Origin: a virus | Lineage: Duplodnaviria > Caudoviricetes | Direction: 5' to 3' (one strand) | Virus record (IMG/VR): IMGVR_UViG_3300042815_000076 | Location: 1-25,367 of that record | Length of the DNA: 25,367 bases | Part shown: positions 1 to 7,985 of the stretch, piece by piece | Layout of the letters: the number at the start of each line of letters is the position of its first letter | How positions within the stretch are numbered: the first letter of the stretch is position 1 | The notes under the pieces: generated by a model | Told to the model about the DNA's origin: nothing | What the model saw: the letters and a program-made list of their open reading frames with translations, nothing else | Databases searched by the model: none | Program-made: the position numbers and the translations under genes

Positions 1-546
1 CGGCTAAGACGCAAAGCTTTTGATGAGACAATGGGGTCTAATCGCTTGTACTTCTTTCAGCACTTCGGATCGAGTGCAATTGAAAACATTGTGAATCGTG
101 TTCGATACATGGCAAAGGGTCTTGGTTGTAAGTACATTGCTCTTGATCACTTGTCGTTGATTGTTTCTTCACAGGAAAACGGCGATGAGCGTAAAGCTAT
201 TGACCAAGTAATGACACTTCTTCGTACACTTGTACAAGAAACAAACATCTCTTTGTTTGTGATCTCTCACCTTCGTAGGCCAACAGGTACTGGTCACGAA
301 GATGGTGCAACAACAAGCTTGTCCCAGCTTAGGGGTAGTGGTGCTATTGCTCAGTTGAGTGATATTGTTATTGGTGCTGAAAGGAACGGTCAAGCTGACG
401 ACTTGCGTGAACGCAACACCACACAACTTCGTGTGTTAAAGAACAGATGGAGTGGCGAAACCGGACCAGCTTGTCGTCTCATCTTTAACAAAGAGACAGG
501 TAGAATGTTTGAATCTTTTGAAGATCCTGAACAAGACGTACTATGA
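1..546 (+). CDS. T7 gp4-like primase-helicase, C-terminal SF4 (DnaB-like) helicase part; 5'-truncated by the window
   Basis: Frame is open from base 1. SF4 motifs: IALDHLS (H2), VISHLRR (H3), LRGSGAIAQLSD (H4), VLKNRWSGETG (arginine finger). Acidic C-terminal tail EDPEQDVL. Confidence 0.95.
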   Translation, partial: RLRRKAFDETMGSNRLYFFQHFGSSAIENIVNRVRYMAKGLGCKYIALDHLSLIVSSQENGDERKAIDQVMTLLRTLVQETNISLFVISHLRRPTGTGHEDGATTSLSQLRGSGAIAQLSDIVIGAERNGQADDLRERNTTQLRVLKNRWSGETGPACRLIFNKETGRMFESFEDPEQDVL

Positions 547-551
547 TCTGA

Positions 552-596
552 TGTTGAGTACTGAACAGTAGTGTGCTATAACTTCAGTACTCAACA
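552..596. repeat. Perfect 14-bp inverted repeat with 17-nt spacer
   Basis: TGTTGAGTACTGAA (552-565) and TTCAGTACTCAACA (583-596) are exact reverse complements. Confidence 0.95.
554..582 (+). promoter_or_regulatory. Sigma70-type promoter for the HNH endonuclease gene
   Basis: TTGAGT (554-559), 17 bp, TATAAC (577-582), with an extended -10 TG at 574-575. RBS AAGGAG at 597-602. Confidence 0.65.
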
Positions 597-607
597 AAGG
601 AGAGTGT

Positions 608-1156
608 ATGAAAAGAGAACGTGCTGCGTATTACAAAGAGTACTACGAAAAGAACAAAGATAAAATATCAAAGAGACAAAAGGTAAGAAGTAAGACTTAC
701 CGTGAGGAGAACAGAGAACACTTGCTACAGAAAAGCAAAGAGTATTATGAAAATAATAAAGACAAAGTACTAGCAAGAATGTCGAACCAGAGGTATGACA
801 AATATCATGAGAATCCAGAAGCTGATTTATCAAAACAGCAGGACTGGAAACGTAACAACGTTGAAAAGTATTTAGTGCAGAGCGCACGTGCTAGGTCTAA
901 GAAGTACGGAATACCCTGCACTATTACTTACAAAGATGTAATTGTTCCTGAGAAGTGCCCTTACTTGGATGTCGAGCTTGTACCTTTTTCGGGATGGACA
1001 TCACCGTCCTTAGATAAGATCGTGCCCGAGCTAGGGTATGTTGCAGGAAATATCCAAGTCATATCGACACTCGCCAATACCATGAAGAATCAAGCCAGCA
1101 TTGAACAGTTGTTGACTTTTTCAAGGGCCGTTCTTAGAATGCATTCAGAGAAATGA
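608..1156 (+). CDS. Free-standing HNH-type homing endonuclease
   Basis: Basic, repetitive helical N-terminus (YYEKNKDK..YREENREH..YYENNKDK). C-terminal CPYL...PSLDKIVPELGYVAGNIQVISTLANTMKN matches the phage SLDRI...GY..GN....AN.MK HNH variant. Confidence 0.8.
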   Translation: MKRERAAYYKEYYEKNKDKISKRQKVRSKTYREENREHLLQKSKEYYENNKDKVLARMSNQRYDKYHENPEADLSKQQDWKRNNVEKYLVQSARARSKKYGIPCTITYKDVIVPEKCPYLDVELVPFSGWTSPSLDKIVPELGYVAGNIQVISTLANTMKNQASIEQLLTFSRAVLRMHSEK

Positions 1157-1166
1157 AAGGATAAAC

Positions 1167-1316
1167 ATGAGTGACGTAGAACGTTATTGGGAAGCCATAC
1201 GAAAGCGATGGCCCCACCCCACACCGAGCTATCAACAGCTTGACCCAATGGAACAGATGATGTTGGTGCAGAGTGTCAACATCTTGTTGCAAATCTTAAA
1301 CAACAGGAGAGCGTGA
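1167..1316 (+). CDS. Hypothetical protein (49 aa, MSDVERYWEAIRKRWP...)
   Basis: Translated by hand (below the ORF-track cutoff). RBS AAGGA; stop overlaps the next start; fills the gap exactly. Confidence 0.7.
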   Translation: MSDVERYWEAIRKRWPHPTPSYQQLDPMEQMMLVQSVNILLQILNNRRA

Positions 1317-1594
1317 TGAAAGAAACATTGAACATGTGTGTGTCATTATCTAACATGCAAACACATGACCCGCAGATGGTTGCATATACTGTGCAATCCA
1401 AGATTCGACACAGTATTGCTGACAAGATCGCCAGTATTGCTACCAAAGAAACACGACACGAATTTCACACAGAATACCGTTGCCGTGTAATTGTTGCAGA
1501 CTACGACGACTATTGGCGAGATGTAAGAGAAGCGGCTGAGCGCCTTAGTTATCGTGGTATGAGTCCAATGTTTATTGAAGAAGGATTGAAATGA
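1313..1594 (+). CDS. Hypothetical protein (93 aa)
   Basis: RBS AGGAG at about 1305. Coupled to both neighbours by overlapping start/stop codons. Confidence 0.7.
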   Translation: MMKETLNMCVSLSNMQTHDPQMVAYTVQSKIRHSIADKIASIATKETRHEFHTEYRCRVIVADYDDYWRDVREAAERLSYRGMSPMFIEEGLK

Positions 1595-1731
1595 AAACCT
1601 ACAAAGAACTTGAACGCGAAGCCTACATCGCAGGCAACACAGAGCTGGCAAAGCTTTATGCTGAGTTGATTGATAACAAATACTACCTTGACAGTCGAGG
1701 TTGCGAATGCGAGGACTATGACAATGAGTGA
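1591..1731 (+). CDS. Hypothetical protein (46 aa, MKTYKELEREAYIAGN...)
   Basis: Translated by hand. RBS AAGGA; ATGA overlap with the upstream stop. Confidence 0.65.
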   Translation: MKTYKELEREAYIAGNTELAKLYAELIDNKYYLDSRGCECEDYDNE

Positions 1732-1882
1732 TGGAGGCAAGGGCAGCGCACAGCGACCACGTTCTGTAGCTGATGAAGAATGGGCCAACCGATGGGATGC
1801 CATCTTTGGTAAAGACAAACCTGAAGAAACAAAGGACAACGACAATGACGACATGGACGAGCCGTTGCCTGATCGAAGGTGA
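1724..1882 (+). CDS. Small phage protein (52 aa, MSDGGKGSAQRPRSV...WDAIFGK)
   Basis: RBS GAGGA 8 nt upstream of ATG 1724. The GKGS..RP....W..IF pattern resembles tiny proteins I recall from aquatic phages; function unknown. Confidence 0.7.
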   Translation: MSDGGKGSAQRPRSVADEEWANRWDAIFGKDKPEETKDNDNDDMDEPLPDRR

Positions 1883-2312
1883 TCACTTATGTGTCTGCAC
1901 TACTGAGGCAGACTACTATCGCACACTGAGATATTTGAAGGTGCCGATAGCTGAGTGGGATAGGTGGCTGATTCATGAATCGTTAGCGACTACCCACTAC
2001 TTCAATACACCAAAGGGTAACAGGGTTACAGTTGTGTGCATCCCTGTCACACCTGATACAGATGGTATTGATGTTGCAACATTGTTAGTACATGAAGCTG
2101 TACATGTTGTGCAAGAACATTTCAGGTTTATTGGTGAAGACAATCCCGGCAACGAGATAGAAGCGTATGCTATTCAGAACGTGAGTGCTTCACTGATGAG
2201 AGCCTACAGAGATAAGTTGTTTCCCAAACCAAAGAAGGAAAAGAAAGATGGACTACCTGTGGGACATAGAGACTTACAAGACAGCGTTCACATTCTCAGC
2301 GATCAGTGCTGA
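1845..2312 (+). CDS. HExxH zincin-like metallopeptidase-fold protein
   Basis: RBS AAGGA before ATG 1845. LLVHEAVH followed by NEIEAY (possible third Zn ligand). Confidence 0.65.
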   Translation: MTTWTSRCLIEGDHLCVCTTEADYYRTLRYLKVPIAEWDRWLIHESLATTHYFNTPKGNRVTVVCIPVTPDTDGIDVATLLVHEAVHVVQEHFRFIGEDNPGNEIEAYAIQNVSASLMRAYRDKLFPKPKKEKKDGLPVGHRDLQDSVHILSDQC

Positions 2313-4317
2313 CGAGTCACATGCTGTAGCGTTTGAATGCTCCACCAGAAAGAACGAAGCTGCTGCATTGTTCAGCTTCCTTGACGAGTTGAAGAAGAAG
2401 AAACACAGGATGGTGGGGTACAACAACATAGGCTTTGACTACCCTGTGCTGCACGACTTGTTGTCTGTACGAGACAAGGCAGTGACTGTGTCGGGTAAGG
2501 CTGTGGCTACACGAGCGTACAAGAAAGCACAGAGCATCATTGGTAGTGATGATAGGTTTGGTCACCTCATCCGTGACAATCAACAGTATGTGCAGCAGGT
2601 GGATCTATTCAAGATCATGCACTTCGACAACCCCGCAAGGGCTACATCGTTGAAGGCGCTTGAGTTCAACATGAAAGCTGACAGCATCGTTGACCTACCA
2701 TACGATCCTCACTCTGACCTGACCGATGACCAGATAGATGTGTTGTTAAAATACAACATGCACGATGTGAAGATGACGCTGCAGTTCTACAAAGAATGCT
2801 TGTCGCAGATTACATTCCGTGAAGAGTTGTCTACAAAGTATGGTCGCAACTTCCTCAACCACAACGATACAAAGATTGGCAAAGACTACTTCATCATGCG
2901 TCTTGAAGAAGACATGCCTGAGAGTTGCTATCGCATTGGTAAGAAGGGTGAACGTCACATCAATCAGACAAAGCGACCAGTCATTCACATCAAAGATTGT
3001 CTGTTCAACTACTACGACTTCAAGCGTCCTGAGTTTCAGCTTGTGTTGGAATGGTTTGCTGCACAGTCTTTGACAGAAACAAAGGGTGCGTTGTCTGACA
3101 TTGAAGAGAGCGACCTCGGTGACCTAGCAGCCTATGCTGAGATGGTGACGAAGCGTCAAAAGTGGTTCAACAAACCAAGCGATGATGTTGTTGCTGGCTT
3201 CAAAGCTTTGCATCCAATGGGTTGGGTGTCAGAGGAAGAGTTGAAGGCTAAGAAAAAGGGTGAGAAGCAATACAGCTATTGGAAGAACTGGAGAGTTGCT
3301 ACCAACTTGAACGTCACCATCAATGGCTTTCGTTTCGACTTCGGCACTGGTGGTATTCACGGATCTGTTGAGTCACAGATTGTTAGTGAAGATGACAAGT
3401 ACATGATTGTTGACGCTGACGTTGCATCTATGTACCCCAACATTGCCATCGCCAATCGTGTCTATCCTGAGCACTTGTCTGAGAAGTTCTGTGACATCTA
3501 TCAAGACGTGTACGAGCAGCGTAAGAGCTACCCCAAGGGCAGCGCTGAGAACGCCATGCTGAAGCTTGCATTGAACGGTGTGTATGGGGATAGCAACAAC
3601 AAGTACAGCCCCTTCTATGACCCTCAGTACACGATGACAATCACTATCAATGGTCAGTTGTCTCTGTGCTTGTTAGCTGAGAAGCTGATGGACATTGAAG
3701 GCTTGACTATTGTGCAGGTCAACACAGACGGTATCACTGTGAAGATGCCACGTGACAAGCATGACGAGTACATCAACATCTGTGACGCATGGCAGAGACA
3801 GGTTGGTCTGCAGCTTGAGTATGCTCATTACTCTAAGATGATTATTCGTGATGTGAATAATTACATCGCTGTCTACACTGACGGTAAGGTGAAGCGTAAG
3901 GGAGCCTATCAATATGAAGGGCTAGGCTGGCATCAAGATCAGGGCGGCTTGGTTATACCGATGGCGGCTGAAGCGGCTATGCTGTATGGCATTCCTCTTG
4001 ACGTATACATCAAAGGTCACAAGAACAAGTATGACTTTATGCTTAGGGTGAAGGTGCCACGTAGTAGTAAGCTTGTGATGGTGATGGATGACGGCACTGA
4101 GGTAGTGCAACAAAACATGTGCAGGTTCTATGCTTGTAATGCTGGTGGTGCTCTTGTCAAGATAATGCCACCACTCTCTGAAGAAGCTGAGCCACGCCGC
4201 ATAGGTGTTGGTGATGGTTATGGTATGTGGACATGCAACGACATCAACGACTTCACTTGGAAGGATGTCGATTACAAATACTACATTGACGCTGCTGAAA
4301 AGCTGGTGATACAATGA
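2248..4317 (+). CDS. Family B DNA polymerase with 3'-5' exonuclease domain
   Basis: ExoI WDIETY, ExoII GYNNIGFD, ExoIII YNMHDV. PolB motifs DADVASMYPNI, KLALNGVYG, QVNTDG, DVNNY, KRKG. C-terminal DYKYYI. Confidence 0.93.
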   Translation: MDYLWDIETYKTAFTFSAISADESHAVAFECSTRKNEAAALFSFLDELKKKKHRMVGYNNIGFDYPVLHDLLSVRDKAVTVSGKAVATRAYKKAQSIIGSDDRFGHLIRDNQQYVQQVDLFKIMHFDNPARATSLKALEFNMKADSIVDLPYDPHSDLTDDQIDVLLKYNMHDVKMTLQFYKECLSQITFREELSTKYGRNFLNHNDTKIGKDYFIMRLEEDMPESCYRIGKKGERHINQTKRPVIHIKDCLFNYYDFKRPEFQLVLEWFAAQSLTETKGALSDIEESDLGDLAAYAEMVTKRQKWFNKPSDDVVAGFKALHPMGWVSEEELKAKKKGEKQYSYWKNWRVATNLNVTINGFRFDFGTGGIHGSVESQIVSEDDKYMIVDADVASMYPNIAIANRVYPEHLSEKFCDIYQDVYEQRKSYPKGSAENAMLKLALNGVYGDSNNKYSPFYDPQYTMTITINGQLSLCLLAEKLMDIEGLTIVQVNTDGITVKMPRDKHDEYINICDAWQRQVGLQLEYAHYSKMIIRDVNNYIAVYTDGKVKRKGAYQYEGLGWHQDQGGLVIPMAAEAAMLYGIPLDVYIKGHKNKYDFMLRVKVPRSSKLVMVMDDGTEVVQQNMCRFYACNAGGALVKIMPPLSEEAEPRRIGVGDGYGMWTCNDINDFTWKDVDYKYYIDAAEKLVIQ
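4286..4315 (+). promoter_or_regulatory. Sigma70-type promoter inside the 3' end of the polymerase gene, upstream of ssb
   Basis: TTGACG (4286-4291), 18 bp, TACAAT (4310-4315), with an extended -10 TG at 4307-4308. Confidence 0.65.
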
Positions 4318-4329
4318 TGTATATAGGAA

Positions 4330-4354
4330 GCTGACCCCTATTGAATTGGTCAGC
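4330..4354 (+). promoter_or_regulatory. Stem-loop in the ssb leader
   Basis: GCTGACC-N11-GGTCAGC, followed by ATTTAAAAAGGAAAC (RBS). Confidence 0.5.
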
Positions 4355-4373
4355 ATTTAAAAAGGAAACTCAA

Positions 4374-4784
4374 ATGAGTGACAAGTTGAAAATCAAAGCT
4401 ACAGTTAACTGGGCTTTTCTGAATCGTAAGAACGAAATGGCTGACGCATACACAGTTGATCTGTGTAATTTGTCTGACAAAGCAGTGGCTGCGTTGGAAG
4501 AGATGGGTATCTCTGTGCAAGAGAACCTTGAGAAGAAGCCTGAGCAGGGTAAGTACATCACCTGCAAGAGTCAGAAACCAATCAAGGCTTTCGACACTGA
4601 CAATGATGAAATCGTTGAGGATGTTGGTAACGGTAGCAAAGCAATCTGTATGATTGGTAGCTACGCATGGACATACAAGAACAAGAAAGGTGTCAGTCCT
4701 TCATTGGCTAAGCTGGTCATCACAGACTTGATTGTCTTTGCTGGTGGCGGCAACATCTCTGCTGACGACGAAGACGTGCTGTAA
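4374..4784 (+). CDS. Single-stranded DNA-binding protein (T7 gp2.5-like)
   Basis: 136 aa from ATG 4374 (RBS AAGGA). VGNGSKA motif and beta-rich pattern; acidic tail ADDEDVL; lies between polymerase and exonuclease. Confidence 0.75.
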   Translation: MSDKLKIKATVNWAFLNRKNEMADAYTVDLCNLSDKAVAALEEMGISVQENLEKKPEQGKYITCKSQKPIKAFDTDNDEIVEDVGNGSKAICMIGSYAWTYKNKKGVSPSLAKLVITDLIVFAGGGNISADDEDVL

Positions 4785-5486
4785 ATGATCTGTTGCATCG
4801 ACGCCGATATATATGCGTATAGGGCGGCGGCAGCATGTGAGAACGAGGATGAGCTACAGGCTATCAGGTCTGTAGACTCTCTCATCATCAACACTCTCAT
4901 GTGTGGTGTAGACAAATGTGGCTATGTCGATCAATGGAAGTTGTTCCTTACTGGCAAGGGCAACTTCAGAAACGATGTAGCTGTCACTGCCCCCTACAAA
5001 GGCAACAGAGCAGACAAAGCAAAGCCTAAACATTTGGCTGCGGTGCGTAACCATCTGATGCAAGAGTGGAAGGCTGACATGTCTGCTGGTCAAGAAGCCG
5101 ATGACTCCATTGCCATTGAAGCTACAAAGCTTGGTGACGATGGGGTCATTGTTTCGTTGGACAAAGACTTAGACCAAGTGGCAGGATGGCATTACAACTT
5201 CATCAAGAGAGAAGCTTATTACATCACTGAAGCTGAAGGGTTGCTCAGGTTGTACATGCAAATCTTGACAGGTGATACTGCTGATAACATCATAGGTCTT
5301 CGTGGCATTGGTAATGTCAAGGCTAAGAAGATGTTGGAAGATGCAGCAGATGAGACAGAGATGTTTCAGCGTTGTGTTGAAGCTTATGATGGTAACGAAG
5401 ATAGGGTTGTTGAGAACGCCCATCTACTTTTCTTACGTAGACATGAAGGACAAACATGGACTCCCCCCTCCAAAAGAATGACGTAG
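4785..5486 (+). CDS. 5'-3' exonuclease / flap endonuclease (T7 gp6-like)
   Basis: IDADIYAY, NFR...PYKGNR, EADD, SLDKDLDQ, LTGDTADNIIGLRGIG (H3TH motif). Confidence 0.93.
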   Translation: MICCIDADIYAYRAAAACENEDELQAIRSVDSLIINTLMCGVDKCGYVDQWKLFLTGKGNFRNDVAVTAPYKGNRADKAKPKHLAAVRNHLMQEWKADMSAGQEADDSIAIEATKLGDDGVIVSLDKDLDQVAGWHYNFIKREAYYITEAEGLLRLYMQILTGDTADNIIGLRGIGNVKAKKMLEDAADETEMFQRCVEAYDGNEDRVVENAHLLFLRRHEGQTWTPPSKRMT

Positions 5487-5770
5487 CTGTAGTGCTGCGA
5501 CCCATCATTGAAGATGGTGTTGAATGGGACGGTGCGTTCCAGATGTTGGTGAGTGTTGCTGGACCAGTGACGCTTGATGAAGAACACATGAAGAGCTTGC
5601 TCACTGTTGCCAGCTACCTAGCTGCTGCTGTTCCGTTGATGGAAGAGAGCAAAGCCTTCACTGAGTTGCTTCGTGACAGGGCTGAACAACTCACTGGTGA
5701 TGTACTCATTGGTGATGGTGGTACTGCGTTGCTTACTAAAGACACTAAGTGTGAGGGAGGTGTGCAATGA
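5456..5770 (+). CDS. Hypothetical protein (104 aa)
   Basis: RBS AAGGA. Tiles between the exonuclease and the next gene. Confidence 0.7.
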   Translation: MDSPLQKNDVAVVLRPIIEDGVEWDGAFQMLVSVAGPVTLDEEHMKSLLTVASYLAAAVPLMEESKAFTELLRDRAEQLTGDVLIGDGGTALLTKDTKCEGGVQ

Positions 5771-6222
5771 GGCTGATGAAAGACTGTAAGACTTGCTTCA
5801 ATGCTGGTCAAGTATTAGATGGACCTAACCCTGCGTGTTTTGGTTGTGTTGAATACAGTAAGTGGGTGTCTAGGGATTTCTTAATCAATGTCAGCGATGA
5901 ACCAGTCGTAGTGAAGTCTGGTGTCAAGTACGACAACGGTAAACCGCAATGGTCTTTGCTGCCCTTCAGAGCATTGACACAGGTCGTTGAAGTGTTGACG
6001 TATGGTGCAAAGAAGTATGCTCCAGACAATTGGAAGAAGGTGCCCGATGCTCGTCGTCGCTATATCGATGCAGGCTTTCGTCACTTCACTGCTTACGCCA
6101 GTGGTGAAACACACGATCCAGAAACTGGTAAGCATCATCTGGCTCACGCTATTTGTTGCCTGCTCTACCTTGTAGCCTTTGACTTAGGAGAACACCATGA
6201 CAAAAGTAACAGTGACGTTTGA
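5767..6222 (+). CDS. dATP/dGTP diphosphohydrolase-like (DUF5664-type) protein with N-terminal CxxC..CxxC
   Basis: GVKYDNGKPQWSLLP...VLTYGAKKYAPDNW...RH...DPETGKHHLAHAICC is the typical pattern of this family. RBS GGAGG. Confidence 0.85.
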   Translation: MRLMKDCKTCFNAGQVLDGPNPACFGCVEYSKWVSRDFLINVSDEPVVVKSGVKYDNGKPQWSLLPFRALTQVVEVLTYGAKKYAPDNWKKVPDARRRYIDAGFRHFTAYASGETHDPETGKHHLAHAICCLLYLVAFDLGEHHDKSNSDV

Positions 6223-6370
6223 AGCTGAGATTGATGTTGATGACTTGGGTGCTGAGTATGCTAACGAAGACTACCTCATCGACACTGTCAAAGAACATAT
6301 CATCTATGCCATGAGTAGGCTTGATGCAGACATTACATTCAACAAGGTTGATGTGGAAGGACTAGAATGA
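6197..6370 (+). CDS. Hypothetical acidic protein (57 aa, MTKVTVTFEAEIDVDD...)
   Basis: Translated by hand. RBS AGGAG; ATGA coupling to the next gene. Confidence 0.7.
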   Translation: MTKVTVTFEAEIDVDDLGAEYANEDYLIDTVKEHIIYAMSRLDADITFNKVDVEGLE

Positions 6371-6558
6371 AACTAACAATCACTGATGCTGAGAATGGCT
6401 TTGTTGTAGCGGTGGAAGATACACCAGAGAACACCTACTACTTCGTTGCGCTAGACGTTGACGATGTGTGTGGCATTGTGCAGAACATCTTAGTTGAACC
6501 ACGAGATGTACTGGACATGACCAACGTTGCCTTTGAAGCTGTACCAAGTGACAGATAA
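6367..6558 (+). CDS. Hypothetical protein (63 aa)
   Basis: RBS AAGGA; ATGA overlap; I..AENGFVV start pattern common in small phage proteins. Confidence 0.7.
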   Translation: MKLTITDAENGFVVAVEDTPENTYYFVALDVDDVCGIVQNILVEPRDVLDMTNVAFEAVPSDR

Positions 6559-6928
6559 GAAACGTAATGGTGGTGAATGGACAGAGGCACGATTCAAATC
6601 TTTCGTGACCTCTGCCCTACGTGCTGCATCACGGCGATGGCCTCCGAAGTACAAAGCTTTGAAGGAAGCTTTCGCTGGCAGGAAAGTGAATGCAAAGACT
6701 GGTAAGCTGGCAATGCATTACACGTGCGCTGCTTGCAAGAAACTCTATGTTGCTACCGATGTACAGGTCGATCACATTAAACCCGTTGTAGACCCTAAGA
6801 AGGGGTTTGTTAGCTGGGATATTTATATCAACCGTATGTTCTGTGAGATAGAAGATCTACAGGTGATGTGTAAGCCTTGTCATAAAATCAAAACTGATCA
6901 AGAGAAACTTGAAAGGAAGAAGAAATGA
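6548..6928 (+). CDS. Zn-binding HNH endonuclease (replication module; possible resolvase or host-DNA nuclease)
   Basis: CAAC...VQVDHIKPVV...LQVMCKPCHKIKT. Start taken at GTG 6548; the ORF track starts at 6527. Confidence 0.85.
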   Translation: MTDKKRNGGEWTEARFKSFVTSALRAASRRWPPKYKALKEAFAGRKVNAKTGKLAMHYTCAACKKLYVATDVQVDHIKPVVDPKKGFVSWDIYINRMFCEIEDLQVMCKPCHKIKTDQEKLERKKK

Positions 6929-7815
6929 GCTTCATCAAATATCAACACCTTGAACGCTACGGCAACACCGAAGTGGAAGGCATTGAAGTGGGGACATGCT
7001 ATGTGTTCCCTAAGCTGGATGGTACTAACGGTAGTGTCTGGTATGAAGCTGGCACACTACGTTGCGGTAGTCGTAACCGTGAGTTGTCACCTGACAACGA
7101 CAATGCTGGCTTCATGAACGCCATGATGGACAATGTACCTGTACTAACGTACATAATGGCGAACAACGAACATGTTCTCTACGGTGAATGGCTTGTGCCG
7201 CATACGCTGAAGACCTACAACGACGATGCATGGCGCAAGTTCTATGTGTTCGATGTGTATGACCGCAGCAAAGAACGGCTGCTAAGCTATGACGAATACT
7301 CTGCAGGTCTTATTGCTGCTGGCATTAACGTCATTGCTCCCATTGCCATCATCAAGAACGGCAGCATCGACCACTTCACTGAGTGTCTGAGCAAGGCACA
7401 CTACTTAGTGAAGGACGGTGAAGGCGCTGGTGAAGGTGTTGTCATCAAGAACTATGACTACCAGAATAAGTATGGTCGTCAGACTTGGGCCAAGATTGTC
7501 GGCAACGAATTCAAAGCTAAGCATCACCTTGAGATGGGTGCGCCTGTCATTGGTTGTGAGATTGTTGAAGAGAAGATTGTTGCTAAGTATGTGACGCAAG
7601 CTTTGGTGGACAAGGTTGTTGCAAAGATCACGAATGAAATGGAAGGATGGTCTAGCAAGTACATCCCTCGTTTGATTCACACTGTATACTACGACTTAGT
7701 CACTGAGGAAACTTGGAACTTCGTGAAGGAGTTTAAGAATCCAAAAGTTGACTTCAAGGTGTTGTCGCACTATACGACAGCGAAGATTAAAGAACTTAAA
7801 CCGGAGTTGTTCTAA
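6925..7815 (+). CDS. ATP-dependent RNA ligase, T4 Rnl2-like
   Basis: Nucleotidyltransferase motifs KLDGTN (I), YGEW (III), FYVFDV (IIIa), EGVVIK (IV), WAKIV (V). Helical C-domain YVT...V.KVVAK...DLVTEE resembles Rnl2. No OB domain evident. Confidence 0.82.
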   Translation: MSFIKYQHLERYGNTEVEGIEVGTCYVFPKLDGTNGSVWYEAGTLRCGSRNRELSPDNDNAGFMNAMMDNVPVLTYIMANNEHVLYGEWLVPHTLKTYNDDAWRKFYVFDVYDRSKERLLSYDEYSAGLIAAGINVIAPIAIIKNGSIDHFTECLSKAHYLVKDGEGAGEGVVIKNYDYQNKYGRQTWAKIVGNEFKAKHHLEMGAPVIGCEIVEEKIVAKYVTQALVDKVVAKITNEMEGWSSKYIPRLIHTVYYDLVTEETWNFVKEFKNPKVDFKVLSHYTTAKIKELKPELF

Positions 7816-7985
7816 TGAAAATCGAAATTGAAAACATCAAAGAAAACGAAGATGGATCTGCAGACTGCAGCGTCCACATGGATGACGAAGCTAAAGACTT
7901 CCTGATTCGTTATGCCCTCATTGCCTGCCTTACTGATGCTATTGAAGCAGGTAAGATTGCAACACCGACAGAGGAAACAGAATGA
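7815..7985 (+). CDS. Hypothetical protein (56 aa, MKIEIENIKENEDGSAD...)
   Basis: Translated by hand. TAATG overlap upstream and ATGA overlap downstream. Confidence 0.72.
   Translation: MKIEIENIKENEDGSADCSVHMDDEAKDFLIRYALIACLTDAIEAGKIATPTEETE

Noticed and set aside
4341-4373. Longer ORF-track starts for ssb (4341), phoH (11293), nrdB (10140), endolysin (23773) and the Rmf-like gene (12790)
   Set aside because: Downstream ATGs have properly spaced Shine-Dalgarno sequences or stop/start coupling. The extensions run through leader hairpins or upstream genes.
5767-6222. Diaminopurine (Z)-genome system
   Set aside because: No PurZ or DatZ-like gene in the window. The diphosphohydrolase family alone is not sufficient evidence.
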